From the NCBI GenBank assembly GCA_024137785.1, contig JAHRHZ010000222.1, forward strand, positions 35,804,296-35,868,295: DNA of 64,000 bases, written 5' to 3'. Source of the stretch: Ginglymostoma cirratum. Lineage: Eukaryota. The translations under genes were made by a program, and so were the position numbers. The notes under the pieces are model-generated. The model worked only from the letters and a program-made list of their open reading frames with translations. It ran no database searches and was not told the origin of the DNA. Positions 1-14,500 of this stretch are shown here, in pieces. Position 1 is the first letter of the stretch, and every line of letters begins with the position of its first letter.

Positions 1-300
1 CCTGTTTAGATAATATGCATTTTTTATTCTTCTTGCCAAAATTGCGAGTTTCATATTTTCCGACGTTACATTCCATCTGTCAGATATTTCCCACTCAGTT
101 GACATATCTATTTAGTGTCTTTATGTCCTCTTCGCAACATACTTTCCTGGCTATCTTTTTTGTGTCTTCAGGAAACTTAGCAACTTCACCAGCAATCCTT
201 TCATCCAGATTATTTTGATACATTGGAAGAAAGGGAGGCTCCAACGCTGATCCCTGTGGCATACCACTTGTTACGTGTTGCCAGCCGGAAAATGACCCTT
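1..300 (-). mobile_element. CR1-like LINE reverse transcriptase fragment
   Basis: Translation SGWQHVTSGMPQGSALEP...VAKFPEDTK (degenerate PQGSVLGP/FADDTK). Confidence 0.8.
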
Positions 301-1749
301 TTGTTTTGATTCTGTAAACAAGCCAGTTGATTGAAAAATTACTTCTGTGTAATTTATATCTGGTACTTGAGGTATAATCAATCTGAGAAATAGACCTCCT
401 CTGAAACATTGATGAATTTTCTATTTTTGGATTTGTAAACTATGTCAAGGATGCTGGGGGTGTAATGAAGTCTAAGGAAATGTCTGTGAAGAATCAGCCT
501 GACTTCATTTGATAGTGTATGGGACAGTAACTCATAGGGCAGTAATACTGCATGCCTTGGGTTGCTGTGAAAGTTTTAGGGCTTCACAGTGATGTAGAAT
601 ATGTAGTTCAACTACAGCCAAACTGGCATGAGCTTGGTCATTAGGTTTATGTGATTTTTATTTGAATTCAAAGAGAGAGTTGCATGTTGCTTTTTGTGCA
701 CTAGCTGTGCATAATATATATGAAGTAAATATTTTAAACTTGATCTGGTGATTTTTGTTTTTAAAAAAGAACATTTTTTTTAAAGACTGTAAGTAGTAGA
801 AAGGATGGTAATAATTTAAGAAAAGTTCCAGAGTTCTGTATGTGTGTTTCAACTATGGATTACGAACATAACTTTCTCCTGACTATGCGGGAGTCCAAAA
901 CTGGCAGTATAACTTTGTATCGCTGGTTTGCAGTGGTGAAAATTGGTGCCAATCTCATACACTATACTGCAGGTAATCAAGCAAAAACTTTGACCAGTTG
1001 TCAGTTTTTCGACTGGATTTTCATCCTCCAGGCAGATAGTGGGATGCTTCCAGATTGATGTGCTCCAGAACAGGACCTACGTTGGTAGGGGGTGGTCACT
1101 GCTGTTGGGCCAGCCAATAACAGAAAAAGTTTGGAGCGAGCACAGGACTCTCTGTTGTGGAGGTGGGCTGTTACTGAGTGATGTTGTGGGACTTCAACCC
1201 AATCATAATGGGGGAGGGGTGGAGAAAAAGCTCTCCACCCCTCACTATATTCTCAGTCCCTTGCACACCCCATATCCCACCTATGTCAGATCATGATCCC
1301 TCCCATTCTCTATGGTGTCTCAATACCCCCACCCATGCCATTCTATACCCCTCATGTCATGTTAATAATTCAGATAATTGTTCACTCGGGATTAATTAAC
1401 TGCATGGTTAACTGTCGGGCAGAGTCAGGACATTTTTACGCAATCTGCATATGAATTCTATAAAAACAAATTCTCACTCAAAAGAAAATTTGCAGAAAAC
1501 CCCTATGGCCCCTCTTGCGAGGCTATGGCACTTTGATACCTGTTCACCCACTATTGAATGTACGAAGAACACACCAACAGAGGAACAGGTCCTTTGGCCT
1601 ACCAAGACTGTGCTGACACATGATGCCTTTCTAAACTGAGAACCTTTTGTCTCTGCTGTCCGTATCTCCTGTGTTCCGTGAATTCCTTATGTAGAAACAA
1701 TAAATCCTATACTGACAGTTGCATTTTTTTTTAGAAAAGCTTCAGAAGC

Positions 1750-2230
1750 TATGGGAACATAGGAGTTAGGAGCAAGAGTAGGACTTTTAGCCCCTCAAAC
1801 CTACTCTGCCATTCAATGAGATTGGTTTGTTGTATCAATTCTGCTTCCTTGTCTGCATCATATAATCCCCTTGACTCCCTTGTTTATCAAAAATGTAGGT
1901 AACTCAGCCTTCAATAAAGTTAAAGCTTCTATTGTCTTCTGGGAAAGAAAATTCTACATACAATAAAGAAGATCTAGGAGAAAAAATGTCAATCCTGTTC
2001 TGTCTTAAAAGGGTATCATCTAATTCTCAAGTTATGTCCAATGGTTTTAGTCTTACCCAGAAGTAGAAACATCGTTTGGATATCGGTCTTGTCCAGTCTC
2101 TGCATGATCATTCATATTTCGATTAGGTTGCCTCTTATTCTTCAAAACTCCAATGTACATTGTCTTAACCTGTTTAACATCATCTGCATAAGTTAATCCT
2201 TCCATCCCAGCAATGAGTCAGATGAACCTC
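1750..2230 (-). mobile_element. CR1-like LINE 3' end
   Basis: GAACATAGGAG tail and a 3' region similar to other CR1 ends in the window. Confidence 0.6.
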
Positions 2231-5200
2231 AAGCCCATTTAGGTCTTGTAACACCTGAGTCCTGCTTAATTGGTAGCTCCTGGCTGTCTGATCTCACTAT
2301 CAATTTCAGTGTTTATTTAAACAAGGCTAAGAGGGTTCAGCGTATTGCAGTTTCAGTTCTTTAAATTTAAAAGGGTCTGAACGAATGCCACTTTTATTGG
2401 GCTGTAGTGAAAATAATTCTTTTTTTAACATAGTGGAACATTGTCAGAGTTACTTATTAAAATCATTTTTGACACATCCAACTGTAACTGCGGGGTTCAT
2501 TGTTACGTTACATGTATAGTGGGTGAATAAGCATCAAACTTACGTAGTCTGGCAGATGCGAGGTTGAATGGGAAGCTATGGCAGGGGGTTGGGGTGGGGG
2601 GTGATGATGGGTTTTAGGGAATGCTTAGGGATTTCTGGCCTGGTGTTTGGAGGAGAGCTGTACATGGGGAGGTGCAGTTGAGCCTACTGTTCAAATGATT
2701 CCCTCACGCACACAGTGGTTCGTGACCCCTCGATGGCACCACGAAACACCTCCTTTTAAAACAAAACTGGCCCAAATCCTTGAAAATTGCGAAGGAGTAG
2801 GGTGTGCTTATCTTTGTAGTGGAGCCAGCCAGGTTAGGTCTGCTGGGTGCAGGCTTTCAACCAGAACCAGTGATGCCTTAAAAGGCCCTACTGAAATTAG
2901 AAAGCCTGACATTGGGGTTGGGAATCTGGAAACTGGTTCCCACCTGCCAAGGACAACTAAGTTATCCTGACTCGGTGAAAACCTACGCCTATGTCTGAGC
3001 CAGATGAATTTATAAATTCATCAAACTGGGGGAAAAGTGACATAAAAATTAAGTTGAAAATTAATTCTGGTTGGAATGAAAGTATATATTCTGATTAAAT
3101 TGACACCTTTATACAAATAACCCTTTTTTGGCATGGAGTTTTCCTGTTTGATTTGTAAAAATTATGAATCTAGATCGTCTTTTTCTACAGAATGAAATAT
3201 ACAGGAATAAAATTTTAATCAGTTACAAAAAAACTTGTGTTTTTTTATATAGCTTTAGGCAACAGAGAGGCGAGGTGGCAGGTTTCTGAATTAAGGGAAT
3301 GATTTGGTGAGAAATTGGTACATTAGTATTTCTTTTGAACGAAAGCTCAATACTTTGATGTTTACCACATGAGCAAATGCTGACTCAGTGGAACTCCAGC
3401 TTGAAGGTTATAACTCTTAACTAGTTTTGGGTATGTAGAAATAATTTGTTTAACTCTTGTTGCTGAATATCCAGCACTTATATTTCATGGAGTCATGAAG
3501 AAGGTTGGTGAGGACAGAGACCGGAAACTTGTTGCATCTTTTCTCAAGTTGCTCTTCCATATTTATACTTATTTTTCCACTTCAGTCCGCATCAATCACA
3601 CTCGACCATGGCTAACATTAATAGTGATCTATGATCAGCCAATTATCAGGCTGTTTTTACAGGGTGGAGCCAGTCTTACATTTTCTTTTTGTTTTGGAGT
3701 GTTCTTTGCAATGGTCTAAATGTGAACTGGTGTCAGCTCCATTTTTCTTAGAACAGCATAGTTCAGACTGTTATATTCATGTTGTCTAGTTAGAGGTTCA
3801 GCAATCTAATGTTCACTGTCATGGGACTGTTTCATTTTGGAAGTTATAACAGCAGTGTGCTTTTGAGCGCAGCATGATACTTGGATGGCATCATTCATTT
3901 TTTAAAAAATATTACTAATTTCTACATGAACAAATGTTCAGAATCTGATTGGAGCAGCAGGCATTAAGGATATTTTGTATTATAAACAGGCAGGCACTAT
4001 TTTCATTTTGAGAGGAATTTTAAGGAGCACTATTGATAGTTAGGGTGAGGATTTTGATTTTCTGTAATGTCACATTGACTGTGACATTTTGAATAAACCA
4101 GTGTTACTGATTGTAAAACCTTCTTTCCTTTTAATTCTGTTATGCATTTGGGTTTCGTTCCAATGTCAGATTGATCAGCTCCGTCCAGGCTCCATCCAAG
4201 ATATCTAAAGTTTTTTTGTGTGAACCTAGGTTGGGCACCATTACTGAATTCCTGTAAAAATGAATGTGCCTTGTTAAAGTATTTATAAGTTTTAAACCCT
4301 GAAAGCTTATTTTGCTTAATTTCTTACATATAAGTTCCCAACAATGGCATCACAAAGCGTTAGGTAGCTGAAAAGAAGCATACTGGGAATAGTTTTACTT
4401 TGGCTTTGGTGATTGACGGGTTGGAATCTTCTTTGATCTTCAAAATAAATTTCACTGTTCTGGCTAACATAGAAACAGTGTTTAAATTTTAACTTAATGA
4501 ATTAGCTACTGCATTTAATCCTGTCTGATCTATGGCCAAAATGTATTTTCTTAGCATGAGAATAAAGCATCAAAGTGTTCCGAGTGAATATGTGAAATAA
4601 AGCATTTAATTTGGCAGTTGCTACCTAATAGGATAAACAGAGAATAAGACAGAATTGGCAATGCAAACTTAGAATGATCCAGGCTACAGTTTGCAATTCT
4701 TACTACATATCTTGGTCCTATTAAACCCATGAAGAAAGATCAAGGTGTGCACAAACTTTATCATTGCAAAGATGCAGATATGATTTTATGTACTTCAGTG
4801 GGAGAATCATGGTCAGTTAACTGATCAACAGAGATGTAGCCAGTGGAAATTTTGGAACATTAATTAATACAGTTTTACTTCCCCCAGACTGTTGTGCTGT
4901 AATGGAGCCAATGCATATTATCTAGCATCACACCAAGTCACAAGAATAATGAACTAACCAGCTGCTTCTCAGCCAAGCTTTCCATCAGCCCTCCACTTTC
5001 TCTTTGACTGGTAGCATTGTCCTAGTAAAATGCTTATTGCTACCAACGCAGTGTAAAATGGGTGGAATATTCCCAGGCACTGAATGTAATGGGCATTGGT
5101 GAAGAATGTTGGGAAACCCGTGTGAAATTGGCATTAAGGAGCCTCTTGATGTCGAGCGAAATGCCTCATTTTGTAAAGAAGTGTTGAATGAGATTGTTAC

Positions 5201-7744
5201 TAGTGAACAGCGAAAGGTCTATTTGCATGCATTAACATGAACTAATATTTCATTATTAGCTAACCTCACCTCATTAATATTCAGTTTCCCATTCTCTTAC
5301 CTATCAGATAGAAACTAGATGGCGACAGTTCCTGACTTGAAAATTGGAGCGGTTACCTGGCGACTCCACCTCGCCAGTTGCTCCTTCAGCTCTTCATCTT
5401 GGACACCAGGCAGCAGTCTCGCAGTGCATACTGTCTGGACAGTGATGGCTCTCGCTCACTTCCCTCCCAGTCCATAGAATCTGACACATACCAGCCTCCT
5501 CCGACCCTCATAGTACATCCCTGACCCACTTGCAACCCAGTTCTTCATCTCCATGCTGCATTTTGGAGCACACTGATACTTTTAATTGTAATGCTGCTAC
5601 GAGGACACTTTGCATCCAGGAACAGGCGCATATTTGCTAGCGTCTCAGGGATCCTACCTTTAGCAATCTCTTTGCACTCATTCGCTTTGCATCTGCTTGG
5701 ATTCTTGTAGTGTCCATACCTTGCTTTGTATTTTGCAATTTGCCTTTCAGCCAGAGCTTAAATGTTCCTAGTTCTTTTTTGTCGTGACTTGCCTTTTCTG
5801 CCAATTTAAAAAATGAGGCAGCTTGTCATGGTTGTCCACATTCACCAGTCGAGTGGATGGATGTGTCGTTGTATGGCACTGTCTGATGTTAATCTTGTAC
5901 ATGTACTATGCACCAGCAAATCTAAGGGGAGTAGTCCTCACTCAAGTGAAGGGAGACACCCTTCAGTCAGGGGTTCTGGCAGAGTCAGCCAAAGACAGCC
6001 CCCCCACCCCGCCTGGTCAGTTGGCCACTTGGGACGAACAGGATCGGGGGTGCTGTACCTCTGTAGCCTGCAGTGTTTGGTTCATGAGGGGATATGGCTT
6101 CAGTTTTAGATGATGTGAGGTGTTTCACAGGTCAGTAGCATTACACAGGCACCCATTGAGGACAGATGAAAAACATGTGCTCACACTAAATGTACGTGAC
6201 CCTTGGTGATTAACCTGCTGCGTGGACCACAAATCCTGGCCCAAACACTCAACCACACCCTGCAGCATCCAGTATCAATGCCACTAATGGTTTGTTGCAC
6301 AAACAATGTATTGCGACCTGGAAGATTCATCTTAGTTGTCAGAGTTGCAAACATTTTCCATGTTGCTGTAGCCAGCACGTGATGCAGGAGCTGTCCACTT
6401 CACATCGTGGACAGTAGAACCTCATGAACGGTTCAGGAAGGATCAGCTTAATATCTCGTAGTTGCTGCTAGACAGATGTTCACTCACATAGCTAATGATG
6501 GAACAGTGAATATATTTACAAAAATGGGAATGTACTGAGTGATGTTTCACCCATGCCAACCGACATGCCTTCAGAAGATCGCCTTCTTTCTCTCTATCCC
6601 ACATGACTGGATGCAGTCCCAGGCTTCCCAGCAGGGGTGGAGAGAGCACGCCCTGTGGTGGAGCCTATTTACCTTAGGGCTTTAGTCAAGCAACGGTGGT
6701 GGTGGGGGGTGGGATGGGGGAGGGGAGTGTGGTTTGTTGAGGTTAGAGGGTGCAAACATGCTGAGTGTGTCATGCCCTTGAACTAGGGCCTGTATGTGGG
6801 TCTTCCTCTGGCTGGCTGCCAGCTGGGACAGCCCAGTCTCCAAGTGAGGGACAGGCAGCTGTTGTGAAGTGTAGGTCCCTTGATTCTCCCCTCCCTCTCT
6901 GCTGTTGGCGCTGTGCGATTGGCGGTGTGCGTCACTGATTAGAGTGATGGAGTGCTCGTCTGTATGTACATCCAGCAGACATTGAGGGTACTAGACTTGG
7001 ATCTCCATGGCAGCTGCCACCCTGTCTATGGAGGCAGCCAGACTCTTATGTGCTGGAGGCAGCATGATACACACAGCATTGGTGCAGCTGTGCAACCTTT
7101 GAGTCAGTTTCTCCAGTGCCTCTGACACTCCTGTGTCTGCTTGTGCATTGGAATGAAGTTGTTAATTGCCAACACCATGAATTTCTCTCCTGCCTGGGAC
7201 TGAGTAGGTGCCTGCTCTTCAGCAGTCTGAGTGCCAGAAGCTTGGGGTGTTGCTTCTTTCTCTCACTGCAGATACAGAGGACTGATGTATCACCAGTAAC
7301 TGTTCCCAACTGTGATCAAGCAAAAAGTACCCCCCTAGGTATCAAGATCTGGACTCACGGTGGGTGCAGGAGGCAAAGATGCCAGTGCATGCAAACTGAG
7401 CAGCCCCTCCTCCAAAGTGAAGAAGGGATGTGTAGTGAGGCTGCTCTCTTGGCCACCACAACCATGCAGCTGCCACTAGTAGCTGTGGGAGACAACAGGG
7501 AGACTGTGTCACAAACAAAGGCTAGGAGATTGGGCATGATGAGAGTACATCCACAGTGGCATTAATGGGAGAGCAGCACTTTCTCACATCTTTCTTGGTT
7601 GCCAGGACCTGGAGGTTTCAGTATCACCACATGAACAGCCAGAGCCAACATCCTCTCGTAGGGGGCTAGGAGCTGAATATTGGGCGCCATGCCATCTGTC
7701 CTGGCTGTCTCTGCCCTGCTGTCGGCCGCTTTCTCCTAGAATTT

Positions 7745-7988
7745 TTCAGAATCCCTACAGTGCAGGAAGAGGCACCAATCCTCCAAAGAGCATCTCATCA
7801 GACCCCATTGTCGCCTGGGGCTTCTACCAATCTACGTAATCTGCACATCTTTGCGCTGCTGAAGGAATCCCACGTACACGGGGAAAGTGTGCAAATTCCA
7901 CACGGACAATCACCCAAGGCTGGGATCAAACACTGGTCCCTGGCACTGTGAAGCAACAGTGCCAACCACTGTGCCACCATACCACCCC
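7745..7988 (-). mobile_element. HE1-type SINE, internally deleted
   Basis: Tail AGAATCCCTACAGTG and head GTGCCAACCACTGTGCCACC, with a shortened body. Confidence 0.75.
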
Positions 7989-8004
7989 ATAATTTATGCA
8001 CTCA

Positions 8005-8340
8005 TTGGATGTGGGTGTCGCTGGCTGGCCCATCCATAGTTGCCCTTGGGAAGGTGGGAGAGAGATGCTGCAGTCTGTGTGCTGTAAGTAGACTCTTAAT
8101 GCCATTAGGGAGGGAATTCCAGGATTTTGACCTAGCAACAGTGAATGAATAGCAATATATTTCCAACGATGGTGAACACCTTGGAGAAGAGCTTGCAGGT
8201 GGTGGTGATCCCATGTTTCTGCTGCCCGTGTCGTTGGAAGGTGCTATCTCGGGGTATTTGCTGAATTTTGCAATGCATCTTACAGAAAGCGCACACTGCT
8301 GCGACTGAGTTTTGGTGGTGGGTGTGAGTGAATGTTTGTG
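8005..8340 (-). mobile_element. CR1-like LINE 3' end (second family)
   Basis: Translation SKSWNSLPNGI. Homologous to 16100-16580 and 19200-19480. Confidence 0.6.
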
Positions 8341-10000
8341 GAGAGTACCTCAATAGACTTCACTGCAACATCTAAAGTTATGCAGTCTGCGCTTAAAACC
8401 TTGTTTACCACCAGTCCAATACGATATGAGTCAGAGTTTGCGAGTTAGTGGAATGAGGTATCACTCATCCTTAAATGAAGGTGCTTTTGTTTGTACGACA
8501 CGTAGGAAGAATGAAGCACTGCCTCAGGGAAGTGTGCAGTCATGAATGATCACATAAGCACACAAAGTAGCCATAAATGTGGGATATGAATGGAGGCATG
8601 GAACTATCACAAGATATTCCCAATCAAATCACCAGAGACAAGGGAGTGTTGCTTAAGTACATGCAGAGAGGAGATTGTTTTATCTCCGTTAGTTGGCGAA
8701 GTAGTGTGATGCCAGCAGTGTGGGTTCAACTCCTGACACCAGCTAACGTTAACATGAGGGACTCTCCGTCTCAACCGCTGCCCTCACCTGAGGTTGGTGG
8801 CCTTCAGGTTAAATCACCACCAGGCTCTCGCTCGCTCTCATGGGAGATGCCGCGTTGAACTGCTGCAGTCTGTGTGCTGTAAGGAGACTACAATGCCATT
8901 AGGGAGGGAATTCCAGTCTGGTAAGACTATGGCAACTTGACTTGATGTGCAGAAAGCTCTGCCTTTTGATGTCTTGAAAGTAAAGGAAGAAATCAAAAAG
9001 AGGCATGCAGTGCAATCCATGGGCGATGTCTCACTACTTCCCTTCACTTCACAGCAAGCAGCAGTATAACTACGCTCTAAATCACAAATCAATAGGAATC
9101 TAATGAAAAATCAGAATAACTTTGTGTCATACTTCCATATAATTCATTACTTTTATGTTCCATATATATTTCTGAACTCCTGTTGTGCAGATTCCTTTTT
9201 TTATATAGCTGTCGTCCTTTGATAAGGTTTCAGTAAGGATTAAATTTTACTGGTAGAAATGGAATATGGTTTATTTCCATATTTATGTGATTAACTGGAT
9301 TACACAGCTAGTTTAAAAATCTAGCTTGGGGAGGAGGTTTAGTACACCATTACAGAAAGTGGAGTTTTGATCATTACCAACTTTCACAACAGGTATCTAA
9401 AATTTTCATTTGATCCAAGTAATTTCTATTTACTAATGACCTGATTTATTCAACTACGCAGCAAATAACAATTATTTTACACTATACTAGCCTTTAAAAG
9501 AGGATTTGTTGTCATTTATAGTGTTTGCTTAGATATGTACAATGGAATCAAGACAAGGTTTACAAATATCACAAGGCAGCATATCAATGATGTTGTCTCC
9601 TAAAACAATCATACTTCTCACACGTATTGAAATAAAACCGAAGGTAAAAGGCTTGTTTACAGATCATCGATTTTAAAAAAAAAAATTCTACATTTTTTTT
9701 CAATAGAGTAGGAAGCAGATAAAGAAATCACCTGTAAAGATTCTCATTGTGGTGCAATGATGTTAGCAAAGCAGTGAGGACTGTGTATCATTCATTGACT
9801 ATGAGAGAGGCTGTTTATGGCTGTTCCAAATGTGAAATAGACGTTGAGAGATACACTTAATAATAGGATACATTGAAATTATGACCTTGACAAATTTTGG
9901 ATAGGCACAATTGTTAATAGCAAGGTTCAATGATCAAGTGTTTGCAGTGTCACCTCAAGGCTATGCACCATGAAATGAACTAAAGCTTTAACACAGTTAA

Positions 10001-10350
10001 TAGAATCCCCACAGTCTGGAAACAGGTCTTTGAGCCTAACAAATCCACAGCAACTCCCCAAAGAGCGTCCCACCCAAACCCATTCCCCTACCCTTTTCCT
10101 GTAACCCTGCATTTCCCATGGCTAATGCACCTAACCTACACATCCCTGAATGCTATGGACAGTTTAGCATGGCCAAACCACTTGCACATCTTTTGGACTG
10201 TGAGAAGAAACTAGAGCACGCAGCAGAAACCCGTGCATACACAAGGAGAATGTGCAAACTCCATACAGACAGTCGCCCGAGGGTGGAGTCGGACCCAGGT
10301 CCCTGGTGCTGTGAGGTAGCAGTGCTAACCACTGAGCCACCGTGTCACCC
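10001..10350 (-). mobile_element. HE1-type SINE
   Basis: Reverse-complement copy, moderately diverged. Confidence 0.88.
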
Positions 10351-11409
10351 TTAATTAGTTACCAAAGAGCTTCTCAATCGTACAATCGAGGGATTGGAGT
10401 TGGATTTTCATTAATTTTAAGGGCGGGCCTAATTCATCAGCTACAGCTTCCATCTTACAAAATTATTTGCTTTGTCGGCAGGTTACCATTAATGTACTTT
10501 TTTAAAACTAATGCATAACAGACATTCCTTCTGATAAATTAGTCACAAAAAATGAGTAAGGGCTAATCTGTTAATTTGTTTCTAGAAAAATGAAATGATT
10601 AGAGGCTTTTAATTTAAAAGTGTTCAACAAATATTGTTTTTATAGAGCGTCAAGGTAATTGGAATTGGTGGTAAATCAGGCCTAGAACTAGACTAAGCTA
10701 AAATTAACCTTTGCTCATATTTACCTGGAACCACTCCAATTGGCAAGGTTTACTGGGACTGTTTATCAGGAGCTTCTCCATCACAGGAAAACTCTTTGAT
10801 TTCAAAATAACATACTAATCCTGAGATATTCATTGCAAAATACTCCTCATTGGAAGACTATGCTGTTAATACGGCACTCGAGGAGCTGCTGGCTGTAACT
10901 CAGGATTTCAATGTAATGCAGCCCAATATACTTACCAGGAGCTTTAATTCCTACTGCATGCTTGATTTCCCCATCGTAACACCAACTGTGGTGAAGGGAA
11001 ATTAGAAAGATTCCTGTTCACATTGCATTTTTCTGCCTGATTGCTATCACTGTAGGCTGGAACTCTAAAGCCTTGTATCTTTGGGCTAAATGTAGCAGGT
11101 TTTCATACCCAGTCACCTTCAAGGCTTGTTCTGGAAGGCCATAAACAGTTGTCAGGGGTGGCACTTGCAACACTTCAATGAAGCAGACTGCTGGTGAGAA
11201 GCCTAGAGATACTGCTGACACATCACTAGACTAGTTTGCGTGAAGCGCAGATAGAAAGGGAGAAAGGGGTCTTCAGGACAGTGCTCAATGAAGAAACGGC
11301 CAGCTAACCATCCAGAAACTAAGATAAGACAGCTTGGCAGAAAGGTGTTGATTTGCTGCAATGACTAAAGTATACCTTCTCAGAAATTATCAGATTGATT
11401 GACAGAGTT

Positions 11410-11747
11410 GGGCGGCACGGTGGCTCAGTGGTTAGCACTGCTGCTTCACAGCGCCAGGGACCCGGGTTCAATTCTAGCCTCGGGCGTCTGTCTGTGTGGA
11501 GTTTGCACATTCTCCCCGTGTCTGCGTGGGTTTCCTCCGGGTGCTCCGGTTTCCTCCCGCAGTCCAAAGATGTGCAGGTTAGGTGGATTGGCCATGCTAA
11601 ATTGCCCGTAGTGTTCAGGGCGGTGTAGGTTAGGTGGGTTGTTGGGGGGGTGGGTCTGGGTGGGATGCTCTGAGGTTCGGTGTGGACTCGTTGGGCCGAA
11701 GGGCCTGTTTCCACACTGTAGGGGTTCTGTAAATTCTATGAAAAAAA
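11410..11747 (+). mobile_element. HE1-type (V-SINE) tRNA-derived SINE, full length
   Basis: GGCGGCACGGTGGCTCAGTGGTTAGCACTG head with A/B boxes, central V-domain-like core, ATTCTATG/A-rich tail. 7-bp flanking duplication AGAGTTG (11404-11410 and 11748-11754). Confidence 0.9.
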
Positions 11748-13299
11748 AGAGTTGATGACCAGAGTTGCCTGGAGCACGGTTTCTAGCTTCCTATTCCTCT
11801 TTTTTTTTTGTTTTTTTTCTTTTTGAAACAAATATCTTGCTCACATTTTTCTGATGATATCGAAATTTGTATTTTCTCCATGTGTCAAATCGTAACAGAA
11901 GTGTTCTGTGTCTGGATGACCTGGAGAAATGGGCAAAAAGTGGAAAATTCCACCGACATGTGGAAAGTCATCATGGAGTGCAGTTGTGCAAAAGGAGAGC
12001 TAGGAACAAAAACGGAATGTGAGCTTGAGTTTTTTTTTTCAAGACCAATCAAGATCAAGAGAGTGGAGGTTCTTGAGCTTAACTTTCCAGAGGAATATGA
12101 TTTGCGTGACACGGTGATATCTTCACCAGCTGGGCATTAGCTAAACCAAGCCAACTGTAACTCCAGCGCAAAAATGTAGATGGAAGTCGAGTCAACTACT
12201 GAATTTTCCATGGAGAAAGGCCTCATCCACCCATGTATATCATGAGCCGGCTGTTTAGTTTAAATCACCAGCAGTTGTCTCTCTAATGAGAGACCAGCCT
12301 CCTGGTCCTCTAGGATTTATGGCGACTTTGCTTACTTTACAGATTGAAAAGGTTAGAGACAAATCCAAAACCAGACAATAATGGCAGCACATTACCTTTC
12401 AGCTTATTGGCTCCAGACCTTCATTTACCAAACATTGTTGTATTTTGGTGCCCGTTAAATGCCCGAACTGTATTCTGAATATGCCATTTGGAGATCCAGT
12501 GATTAGACCAACTTATTGTTCGATGCACTGTTCACAAAAAAAAGGTAAAATCTGCTGCTTTGGATGCATCTTCCCGAAGCTAATAAGATTGATAGTAACA
12601 ACACCTTTCAGAGAAAAATCCATGGCACTGATTCATGATTTTACACTGTTTTGTCAGGATAAACTTGTAAACTAAAATAGTGCAAATACATTTAAGTTGC
12701 CACATTTTAGTTTGTGGGAAGCCGCAGATATTATTTTGTGGTTACTGAAAGGTTGTGAAGTTTTATTTCGGCAAAGGTGACGATCTTTTTGTTTGGGGTT
12801 GAGGGGAGGTGGTCTTGGGAAGATTTTGCTTTTTTTCCCCTAAATAGTTTGTGTGTCTTCTGCCTTTATCCGCAGCTATACTTGAGTGACCCATAACAAA
12901 CCTCCACTCTAGCAATTACCATCTTGCACTTCCTTGGCATTCCATCACCTAATTAAATAAAAACACTGAGGTCAGAATATGGGATTTGACCCAAAATCTA
13001 AATTAAATAGTTAGTGGTTTCTGGAAGTTATTGCAGTACTGTTTGGCTATTTAGTTTGCACTGAAAGAAAAGATGCTTCTAATGGATAACCCAAACAACT
13101 CACCACAATATCTGGGGGAGGATGAGGGAGTCAATCCCTTCAGATATTAACTTCCATTACAGTCAGTCCTGTAGTAAAGAAAGGATTTTTACAATGTCAG
13201 TTCTGTTTCTCTTGGGATAGCTCAGATCATCTTTTGGAAACTAGGACATGTACATAACTATATGCGAGGAATGGGAAGCTGTTTACAATATGTTGGGAA

Positions 13300-14500
13300 G
13301 TGTTGCATTAGCTCATTCACCGGATGTAGTCATTGCCTCGCACTTCCATGCTGGGAACATTATTAGCTACTTTTCAGCCCAACCTTAAATTTTGTCCAGG
13401 TTTTGCCGCATTTGGACATGAACTGCTTCGGTATCCAAAAGTGTTGTGAATGGTGCATTATTTAATTGTCACTGAATATCCCCACTTATGATGCAGGGGA
13501 CATTATTGATGAAGTAGTTGGAGATGGTTGGCCCGAGGACACTACTTTGAGGAACTTCTGCAGAGATGTCCTGGGATTGAACTCCAACAACACAACCATC
13601 TTGCTTTTGTGCCAAGTGTGAGTCTGACGAGCGGAGTGAGTACCAACCCCCTCACTGCCACCCCCCCCCACCCCATCCCAATTCCATATTGACACTTGAT
13701 TAGCACCCTTGATGACATTGTCTTTCACTGTTACTGATGATTGAGAGTAGACTGGGGTAGTAATTGATTAGGTTGTATTTATCCTGCTTTTTGTGGGTAG
13801 GACATATCAAGGAAATTTTAAACATTGAAAATATTGTAACTGTACTGAAACAGCTTGGCTAGGAGCATAGCTAGTTTGAAGCACAAACTATCCATACTCA
13901 TGGCTGCCCTCCATTATTAGATCATTATTAGATTATTATTAGATCTGTTGAACATCCATTCCATTCAGCATTACTTCCACACAGCATGAAGTGTCTTCAG
14001 AGAATACAGGGCTTCATCTCTACAAGGGCTGTGCAATCGTCACTCTTGCTAATATTGTCATGGATAGATGCACCTGCTATTTATAAATTGGTGAAGATGA
14101 GATCAAGAGCATTCTCCTTCTTTTTTGTTGGTTATCTCATCACTTGCCGCGTGCCCAGTCTAGCAGTTGAGCCACTTTGGTGATTGTTATTGATATTCCC
14201 CTCCCAGAGTATATTCTGTGTCCGTGCCAGTTTCAATGTATCTTCTGAGTGGTGCTCAACATGACAGAGTACTGATTCATCAGCTGAGAATCTGGGGCAA
14301 TGGATGACAACCAGCAGGACCTTTCTTTGCCCATGTTAAGCCTGCTGCCATGAAATGTCTTGTGTTCTGGGTCAATGTTGAGGATTTCCATGGCAGCTCC
14401 CTCCCAACTGTACGCCACAATGCTGGTGGGTCTGCCCTGTTAGCAGAAGTGCACCTGGCCGCAGGTGGAGATGGTGGTGCTTGGGGGCATTGTCTGTAAT
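13300..14500 (-). mobile_element. Decayed CR1-like LINE
   Basis: EN/RT-like remnants, homologous to 47690-48740. Confidence 0.55.

Noticed and set aside
3346-3406. Possible upstream nkd1 exon ending ...CAGCTTGAAG|GT (QLE, resembling FRLE)
   Set aside because: In-frame TGA inside the candidate, a poor donor and no further similarity. The preceding exon is probably outside the window.
7116-7565. 149-aa ORF
   Set aside because: No recognisable domain and no splice context. It lies in a probable decayed repeat.
11410-11485. tRNA-like sequence with A and B boxes
   Set aside because: It is the head of a SINE repeated many times in the window, not a tRNA gene.
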